Shown here piece after piece: positions 57,873 to 64,000 of a stretch of 64,000 nt of DNA. Source of the stretch: an uncultured bacterium (GTDB lineage: Bacteria > Patescibacteriota > Minisyncoccia > UBA6257 > 2-01-FULL-56-20); the NCBI GenBank assembly GCA_963807165.1, contig CAWDZM010000001.1, positions 353,521 through 417,520 on the forward strand, written 5' to 3'. The position numbers and the translations under genes are program-made. Within the stretch, counting starts at the first letter, position 1, and each line of letters begins with the position of its first letter. The notes beneath the pieces were generated by a model. It searched no databases. It had not been told where the DNA came from and saw only the letters and a program-made list of their open reading frames with translations.

Positions 57873-59787
57873 TGGAAGTTTTTTAAGCCTGTCCGGCTTT
57901 AGACCGGATGATTCTTCCGAAGCTATTCCACGGCGGACAACATTCTTTACTGCGAACATCCTTGCGTGCCTCCAGGATATCGCCAGACCAACAACCGATA
58001 CGCAACGCCGTGCGGCACATTTTTTGCTGCGAGAGAAGAGTGAAAAGTGGTCATTCAATTATTGGACACGTAGAGCAGGCGAACGGCATGATGCCGCCGA
58101 ATCATCCTATCCAGCATATCCCGATGATCTCGATGATACATTCGCCGCGCTTGTAGCGTTGGCCCGGCACGATGTTGCCATCATTGATGGCCACGCTATT
58201 GCCGCGATCGCAAAGATGCTGACCGCGCGGGAGGTGGATATTGGCGGCCCGTATCGGACATGGCTCGTCGCAGACGCCGCAGCGGCGAAATGGCAAGACG
58301 TTGACCTTGTGGTAAACAGTACCATTGGCTATTTCCTTTCACTTATCGGCGTTCAGCTTCCCCGGTTAAAATATTTTATGGATGACGCCATACGTACCAA
58401 TCAACTCTCATCGCCATATTATCCCGGAATATTTCATGTCGGATATTTTCTTTCACGGTGTTATGAAAACTATGATGACGATAACAAAGCGGATGTCCGC
58501 GATATAGTGGCAAACATTATTGTAACCCGGCTTAGGAATGACTACGCACAAAATATGACGTCACTTGAATACGCGATGGCGATCTCATCACTCGTTAACC
58601 TCGGGCATACGGAATGGATTGATCCGGCGATGGTCGACACGTTCGCGGATCGGATAGTACAAGAGGGATTTTTACCCTATGCGTTCTGCATTGACCCCGC
58701 CCGCGAAGGTAAGCGATGCTACGCCGGGGCATCGGCGCTCACGGCCGCATTCTGTGCCCAGGCACTCAACAAATATTCCGCATGCAATGTTTTTTCTATA
58801 AAAGAAATTGGTGTGTTGGCGGAAACGCCTACAGATGATGACCATATCCGCGCACTCGCACGCGCCTTATGCCATACACTCAGACCAGATCTTCACACTA
58901 TAGCACTCGCCTCCCTAGAAAAAACCACCGATAAAAAAATCACTGCGCTTGCGTATGAATTCCGCGAGATATTATACAGGAAAGGGATGATCATCCCGCT
59001 TGAAATCATCGAACAACTTTCGCTCGCGAATCTTTATGGATGGATCGCATATGATATCTACGACGACGCACTTGATGGCGACGGAGAATATGCGTCATCA
59101 CTCCCCTGCGCAAACCTCTTCCTTCGCGCACTGAGCAAAATCTACGTCGGACTCGATGCCCGCATCGCTGGCGCACAAGCACTTTTTGATCGCACAATGA
59201 ACCTCGTTGACAATGCTAATGTATGGGAACAACAGTATTGCCGCATCACAATACGGGATGAAGCACCTCGCCCGCTTCCGCAGTTCGACGATTATCAAAC
59301 TCTCGCCGACCGGAGCATCGGCCACGCCATGGGACCGCTCGCCGAACTGCTCTACGCCGGATACGCCATAGATTCAGAGGAATATATCAACGTCGAACAA
59401 TTTTTCCGGCACTACCTCATTGCCCGACAACTCCACGACGACGCGCACGACTGGGCAGAAGATCTGATGAACGGCCGCATAAATAGTGTCGGCGCATACA
59501 TCCTGCAAAATTTCCGAGAAAAAAATATTCACAAGCACTCAACGCAAAAAATCATTGAAGTTATTTCTAATTTGAAAAAAATATTCTGGGAAAAAGTCAT
59601 CGACGATACAGTTATCTTGATCCAATCTCACATCATCGCCGCGCGGTGTGCGAGAGAATGTTCCCACGTCCTTGCCGACACCGACTTTATGGAAAGCACG
59701 TTGCGCGCGCTAGAGGCCGCCGCGCACCGCGCAATCAAAGAACGCGATAAGACGCTCGTTTTTCTCGAAGATTATAAAATGAAATAA
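57808..59787 (+). CDS. Fused class II terpene cyclase-like + class I isoprenoid synthase/prenyltransferase (ComQ-like) protein
   Basis: N-half: QQLPDGSF (QW-like) and YPDDLDDT (DxDD). C-half: YDIYDDALD and QLHDDAHDWAED (two DDxxD motifs). Confidence 0.75.
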   Translation: MNRYQNIIDQALEHIRNQQLPDGSFLSLSGFRPDDSSEAIPRRTTFFTANILACLQDIARPTTDTQRRAAHFLLREKSEKWSFNYWTRRAGERHDAAESSYPAYPDDLDDTFAALVALARHDVAIIDGHAIAAIAKMLTAREVDIGGPYRTWLVADAAAAKWQDVDLVVNSTIGYFLSLIGVQLPRLKYFMDDAIRTNQLSSPYYPGIFHVGYFLSRCYENYDDDNKADVRDIVANIIVTRLRNDYAQNMTSLEYAMAISSLVNLGHTEWIDPAMVDTFADRIVQEGFLPYAFCIDPAREGKRCYAGASALTAAFCAQALNKYSACNVFSIKEIGVLAETPTDDDHIRALARALCHTLRPDLHTIALASLEKTTDKKITALAYEFREILYRKGMIIPLEIIEQLSLANLYGWIAYDIYDDALDGDGEYASSLPCANLFLRALSKIYVGLDARIAGAQALFDRTMNLVDNANVWEQQYCRITIRDEAPRPLPQFDDYQTLADRSIGHAMGPLAELLYAGYAIDSEEYINVEQFFRHYLIARQLHDDAHDWAEDLMNGRINSVGAYILQNFREKNIHKHSTQKIIEVISNLKKIFWEKVIDDTVILIQSHIIAARCARECSHVLADTDFMESTLRALEAAAHRAIKERDKTLVFLEDYKMK

Positions 59788-59865
59788 ACCGACGAGAAAT
59801 CAGTAGTATTCTATGATCGCTCAAGGTCGGTTCATATAAACCAATCATCGATCACGCCATTATCT

Positions 59866-59955
59866 ATGGAACATATGGATGATGAACGGTGTCCCTCGTG
59901 CAAGCACGAGCACACCGCGCCCGACGGCACCTGCCGCTGTGGGTGCGAGGAGTAG
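59866..59955 (+). CDS. 29-aa Cys/His-rich metallothionein-like microprotein (not in the ORF track)
   Basis: MEHMDDERCPSCKHEHTAPDGTCRCGCEE*, followed directly by a terminator. Confidence 0.55.
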   Translation: MEHMDDERCPSCKHEHTAPDGTCRCGCEE

Positions 59956-59956
59956 G

Positions 59957-59990
59957 AAACAAAAACACCCCGAAAGGGTGTTTTTGTTTC
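59957..59990. terminator. Bidirectional intrinsic terminator
   Basis: GAAACAAAAACACCC-CGAAA-GGGTGTTTTTGTTTC. Confidence 0.8.
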
Positions 59991-60039
59991 TTTGGATTAC
60001 CGCAGGGATAAGGATATGTCTTCCGCTTCTGCGGCTAGT

Positions 60040-61239
60040 TCAGTTCAACGAGTTCCAGATCGCAGGATCAATATCCCCGTCCAGCTTAAAGAACATTACG
60101 CCGCGAAGACCATACTGTTTTGCAAGCGCCACTTTTTGCAGTTCCGATGTCGCGTCGGGGAAAGATACAAAGAATGTGGTGGATGCGCTGGGATTGATCG
60201 TGTCCAACACCGGCGGCTCCGTGGAGGACACATAATTGGTGAGGTCGAGCGGTGCCTGGATATACGTGCTCGACGTGAAGGTAAAGCTCAACTCCCCTGC
60301 GTTATCGCGCACCGGCGTGGCGCCGACCGAATCCGCACGATCCATCGCATCAAAATAATCCCATGCGCGCACTTGCTGATAGGTAGTAACGTCATCATTC
60401 CACGAAACCTCATACTCGTAACCATACGTTGGGATACCCAACATGATCTTTCGTGGGTTGATATATTGGATCGCGTATTGCACGATCTTCGTAACCCAAT
60501 CCGGATCCGCCGTCGGCGAGTATAGCTGACCGTTACCGCCCTTGCTCGCATCAAGCTTGAGGTCCGTCGTCCCCTGATCGTACGCCATCAGACGCACCTC
60601 GTCACAATAGTGATTGAGCACAGAATAATTTTCCGCATAGGTAAGATTTTGTGGAATCGCAACATACACATTGCTCGGCGCTTCGCGCGGCACCACGGTA
60701 CACGTGAGCACTTTATTTTCGGCATGAAGGCGTTGCGAAAGCCCTTCTATAAATAATGAATAGTATGGACGCGTTGATGTCGACATCGCCTCGAAGTCAA
60801 TGTCGATGCCGTCGAAGCTGTTCGCCTTTGCGAGTTGAGCGATGCTTGTCTCTTCTGCCTGCCGCGCCTTCGTCGCGGAAAGGAGATTATAGATGCCGTT
60901 CGTGTCGAACCACGCAATCGTCGGGATTACCTTGACCCCGCCCGACTGCACCGCCGATATCCAGCCGGTCCAAAGGCCTTTACTGATCCCAAGATCATCT
61001 TTGATAGTGCCGGGGGTCACGATCTCATAAGAAAACGGACTTACTTCTTGCAACGAATCGAGATTGACCGCGATCTGCTGTTCCCCTGCCGTGCTCGTCC
61101 AATATGGCACCCACGCGCCGTAGTAAAAGGGCAATTTTGTGGCAGTTTTTGCGGTAGGAGTAGCCGCCGCAGACGCAAAAAACGGCACCGTACCTATAAT
61201 AAGTGCGACGAGTCCGGCTTTAATGAGGTTTCTCTGCAT
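60040..61239 (-). CDS. Secreted GH18 glycoside hydrolase (chitinase/peptidoglycan-hydrolase-like)
   Basis: Signal peptide, FDGIDIDFE (DxDxE), LMAYD, KIMLGIPTYG. Confidence 0.88.
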   Translation of the reverse strand: MQRNLIKAGLVALIIGTVPFFASAAATPTAKTATKLPFYYGAWVPYWTSTAGEQQIAVNLDSLQEVSPFSYEIVTPGTIKDDLGISKGLWTGWISAVQSGGVKVIPTIAWFDTNGIYNLLSATKARQAEETSIAQLAKANSFDGIDIDFEAMSTSTRPYYSLFIEGLSQRLHAENKVLTCTVVPREAPSNVYVAIPQNLTYAENYSVLNHYCDEVRLMAYDQGTTDLKLDASKGGNGQLYSPTADPDWVTKIVQYAIQYINPRKIMLGIPTYGYEYEVSWNDDVTTYQQVRAWDYFDAMDRADSVGATPVRDNAGELSFTFTSSTYIQAPLDLTNYVSSTEPPVLDTINPSASTTFFVSFPDATSELQKVALAKQYGLRGVMFFKLDGDIDPAIWNSLN

Positions 61240-61246
61240 GATGATA

Positions 61247-62071
61247 TTATTTAATACAAATATAATTTCCTTTTCTGACGATAAAACCTTCTTTTTCTAG
61301 TCCATCGACGATCTTTTTGAATTTTTCCGGAGAAATCGCGAGTTCCTTAAAAAAATTTCTTACATTCAGTCTATGCTTTTCAGCGGCAAGCGTCGAGCGC
61401 ACGATCTTTCCGCGAAGCTCGCGATCGGATCCGACAAACGATGCCTGTTTTTTATAATGCGCACTGCGGCGGTTGGGATTAGCTTTTTTTGCTTTTCCCG
61501 CGGCGGGCATCGCCGCTCCATAGTCCATCAATGCCCAATACCACTCGCGCGGATTTTTCTTATCAACACTACTTTTGATATAACGTTCCAACTCCACATC
61601 GGTTACCTTGCGGCGGCGCGGAAAGAAAAAATGGATGAACACGCGACGGATATTTGTTTCGATAAAAATTTCCGGCTGATTGAATGCAAACGCCATGAGA
61701 GAACCGGATGTCCCCTTTCCGATGCCGGGCAGAGACTCCAACGCCTCTCTATTATTAGGGAGCGCGCCACCGCACTGTTCGGTTACGATTTTTGCCGTGC
61801 GCTGCAAGAACATCGCGCGGCGATTATAGCCAAGCCCCTGCCATGCGGCGAGAACATCACTCGTGCGCGCCCGCGCGAGCGCGCGGAAATTCGGGAACGT
61901 CTTGAGGAATTTTTTATAATATTCCTCAGCGCGCGCCACCTGTGTCTGCTGGAGCATGATCTCCGAAACCAGGATCGCATACGGATCACGCGTGTGCCGC
62001 CACAGCAACCCCGCCCGCCCGGCACAGCGGTAATGTGCCCAAATCGTCTTCTTAAAAGCCGCAATCGTCAT
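61247..62071 (-). CDS. mutY: A/G-specific adenine glycosylase (short HhH-GPD form)
   Basis: WR.TRDPYAILVSEIMLQQTQV, WQGLGYNRRA, LPGIG, ETNIRRV, ALMDYG. Confidence 0.88.
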   Translation of the reverse strand: MTIAAFKKTIWAHYRCAGRAGLLWRHTRDPYAILVSEIMLQQTQVARAEEYYKKFLKTFPNFRALARARTSDVLAAWQGLGYNRRAMFLQRTAKIVTEQCGGALPNNREALESLPGIGKGTSGSLMAFAFNQPEIFIETNIRRVFIHFFFPRRRKVTDVELERYIKSSVDKKNPREWYWALMDYGAAMPAAGKAKKANPNRRSAHYKKQASFVGSDRELRGKIVRSTLAAEKHRLNVRNFFKELAISPEKFKKIVDGLEKEGFIVRKGNYICIK

Positions 62072-62122
62072 GTTTGATATATTAAATTTATATTAACCGG
62101 CATTTGCGCTTTTTGAAAAGCT

Positions 62123-62220
62123 TGTGGTATAATGATTGCGATGTAAGTGTTCTTAGTAAGTTTCCACTGGCCACTAAAAACGGCGCAGAAGCAGAGGAGA
62201 AGGAGGTCGCCTTACACATC
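62123..62220 (+). promoter_or_regulatory. Extended -10 promoter and structured 5' leader of the RRM gene
   Basis: TGTGGTATAAT at 62123-62133; GATGTAAG...CTTACACATC closing stem. Confidence 0.5.
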
Positions 62221-62234
62221 AAAGCATTTATTGA

Positions 62235-62558
62235 ATGGCTACAAAATTATATATAGGAGGTTTACCGTATTCGACGACTCAGGATGAACTCCAGGCAGCA
62301 TTCTCGAAGGCTGGCGCAGTCGTGTCCACGAGCATTATCATGGACAAGATGACGGGCCGCTCTCGCGGATTCGGCTTCGTCGAAATGGGTTCCGATGACG
62401 ATGCGCAGAAAGCGATCGAAATGTGGAATGGCCAAGATTTCGATGGGCGCAAGCTCACCGTCAACGAGGCAAAACCTTTGGAGGCTCGCCCTCCGCGCCG
62501 TGAAGGTGGCGGAAGCCGCTTCGGCGGTGGCAACGGCGGCGGACGCGACTGGCAGTAA
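62235..62558 (+). CDS. RRM RNA-binding protein with a Gly-rich tail
   Basis: KLYIGGL (RNP2), RGFGFVEM (RNP1). Confidence 0.93.
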   Translation: MATKLYIGGLPYSTTQDELQAAFSKAGAVVSTSIIMDKMTGRSRGFGFVEMGSDDDAQKAIEMWNGQDFDGRKLTVNEAKPLEARPPRREGGGSRFGGGNGGGRDWQ

Positions 62559-62579
62559 GCTGGTCTCGTAGCTCCGATC

Positions 62580-62609
62580 AAAAATACCCCGAAAGGGGTA
62601 TTTTTGTTT
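62580..62609 (+). terminator. Intrinsic terminator
   Basis: AAAAATACCCC-GAAA-GGGGTATTTTT. Confidence 0.8.
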
Positions 62610-62638
62610 CCGAAACAATCAGAGTAAAATACATCTAT

Positions 62639-63709
62639 ATGGAAATCGCCCTCTTTATCATCATTATTATATTGTTCACCGCGATCGCATGGCGGCTTTG
62701 GAAGCCGCCGGTGGTGGTAGAGAAAAAAGAAGATCCGCAATCATTATTACTCCTCCAAAACCAGATCACCGAACTCAACCGGATGATTGAAGCCAAGCTT
62801 GGCGAATCAACAAAGGCCATCAGCGACTCCACGAGCAAGGCCTTCACGCAGGCCACGGAAAGCACGCGACTCATCCGCGAGATCACGCAAGAACTCGCAA
62901 AGGTGGGCGAAGGCCAGCGCCAAGTGGTGAGCATCGCGGACAACCTCAAGAACTTGCAGGATATTTTAAAGAACCCGAAACAGCGTGGCGTCCTTGGCGA
63001 ATATTATTTGGAAACGGTTTTAAAGAACGTGCTTCCGCCGAATGCATACCAAATGCAATACCCATTCAAGGATGGAACGATTGTGGACGCCGCAGTGATC
63101 ACAAAAGACGGCATCATCCCGGTAGACTCCAAGTTTTCGCTTGAGAACTATAACCGCATCCTCGAGGCGCCCGACAAGACCGAGCGCGAGCGGTTCGAGA
63201 ATGCGTTCGCAAACGACCTCAAAATCCGCATCGACGAAACGTCAAAGTATATAAAGCCGGAGGAAGGCACGCTCGGCTTTGCGTTCATGTTCATCCCGTC
63301 GGAGGCCGTCTACTACGACCTGCTCGTCAATAAAGTGGGCGCGCTCAAGTCAAACAACGTCAACCTCATCGAATACGCGAGTGGCAAGAAGAAGGTCATC
63401 ATCGTCTCCCCCACCACCTTCCACGCATACCTGCTCACCGTTTTGCAGGGCCTCAAAGCATTACGCATCGAGGAGAGCGCCAAAAAAATCGGCGAGCGCG
63501 TCGGCGAACTTGGTAAACACTTATTGAGCTATGAGGAATATTTTGGGAAAGTCGGCAAGAATCTGACAACCACCGTCTCCGCTTACAACTCTGCAGGAAA
63601 AGAGTTTGGAAAAATAAACAAAGATATTCTGCGGATCACAGGCGAACAGCTCGAGCTTGAATCGCCGATCGTGGAAAAGCCGGAGGAATTGGGAGGAGGA
63701 GAAATTTAG
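62639..63709 (+). CDS. rmuC: DNA recombination protein RmuC
   Basis: N-terminal TM helix, coiled coil, KQRGVLGE, VDSKF, KYIKP, FMFIPSEA, VSPTT. Confidence 0.9.
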   Translation: MEIALFIIIIILFTAIAWRLWKPPVVVEKKEDPQSLLLLQNQITELNRMIEAKLGESTKAISDSTSKAFTQATESTRLIREITQELAKVGEGQRQVVSIADNLKNLQDILKNPKQRGVLGEYYLETVLKNVLPPNAYQMQYPFKDGTIVDAAVITKDGIIPVDSKFSLENYNRILEAPDKTERERFENAFANDLKIRIDETSKYIKPEEGTLGFAFMFIPSEAVYYDLLVNKVGALKSNNVNLIEYASGKKKVIIVSPTTFHAYLLTVLQGLKALRIEESAKKIGERVGELGKHLLSYEEYFGKVGKNLTTTVSAYNSAGKEFGKINKDILRITGEQLELESPIVEKPEELGGGEI

Positions 63710-63990
63710 TCGACTCCGTAGGCCTCTAAATCTATCCTATTAAAATCGATCAGCTGTTTTGCCTCGAGGTCATAAAAAGAATTCTGATACGGATTTTCGG
63801 ACCAGTCCAACTCAAACGGATTCAGCTGATATAAATACGCCGTACTTTTAAGGGGTTTCCCAGGATAACAAAACAATATCCATTTCTGCTGATTTTCAAT
63901 ATAATCGTTAGGGAGTTTTATTTGGTTTTTAGTAAGTAGATAAAACATCAAAGCTTCCTCTAGGAAGAAATTTATTTGGTTCTCTTTCAT
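63706..63990 (-). CDS. Hypothetical protein (may extend past the window end)
   Basis: AT-rich ORF convergent with rmuC. Confidence 0.45.
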   Translation of the reverse strand: MKENQINFFLEEALMFYLLTKNQIKLPNDYIENQQKWILFCYPGKPLKSTAYLYQLNPFELDWSENPYQNSFYDLEAKQLIDFNRIDLEAYGVD

Positions 63991-64000
63991 CTCTCTTCCA

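Noticed and set aside
59957-62609. Similar hairpins at 59957-59990 and 62580-62609 as a mobile repeat
   Set aside because: Both are short and sit at gene ends; adequately explained as intrinsic terminators
422-62949. Many long antisense or alternate-frame ORFs in the track (e.g. 422-1069, 13174-13917, 22482-23273, 28451-29374, 61373-62077)
   Set aside because: They are shadows of real genes on the opposite strand in moderately GC-rich DNA and show no recognisable motifs

Overview
This is a chromosomal window of a small-genome bacterium. Gene content and style point to Patescibacteria/CPR, probably Parcubacteria (inference): cohesin, lamin-tail and Ser/Thr-rich surface proteins, a split transketolase, a cyoABCDE oxidase, extended -10 promoters with very short leaders, and genetic code 11. 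Housekeeping genes include rlmB, leuS, metG, rplY, gap/rpiB/rpe/tkt/pfkB/fba, mutY, rmuC and tRNA-Asn. The best candidate for an undescribed system is at 55636-59787. It comprises an OmpR-family regulator, a promoter with three ATTTAAT repeats at exact 11-bp spacing, an unannotated 34-aa peptide ending in ...EFEIWD, a multi-TM histidine kinase, and a fused class II (DxDD) + class I (DDxxD) terpene cyclase/prenyltransferase. Together these look like a ComQXPA-like quorum-sensing/RiPP cassette that might make a cyclic-terpenylated Trp peptide. Other leads are an Ala-identity tRNA-like RNA with an 8-nt anticodon loop next to its own putative antisense sRNA (1209-1406), a RelE/PBECR-like nuclease overlapped by a structured RNA (41449-42081), a cohesin-dockerin-fibre surface operon, a tRNA-Asn-anchored cassette island and several microproteins. 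Three single-base frameshifts in short homopolymers are most likely sequencing errors. All family calls come from motif recognition by eye; no database search was run.
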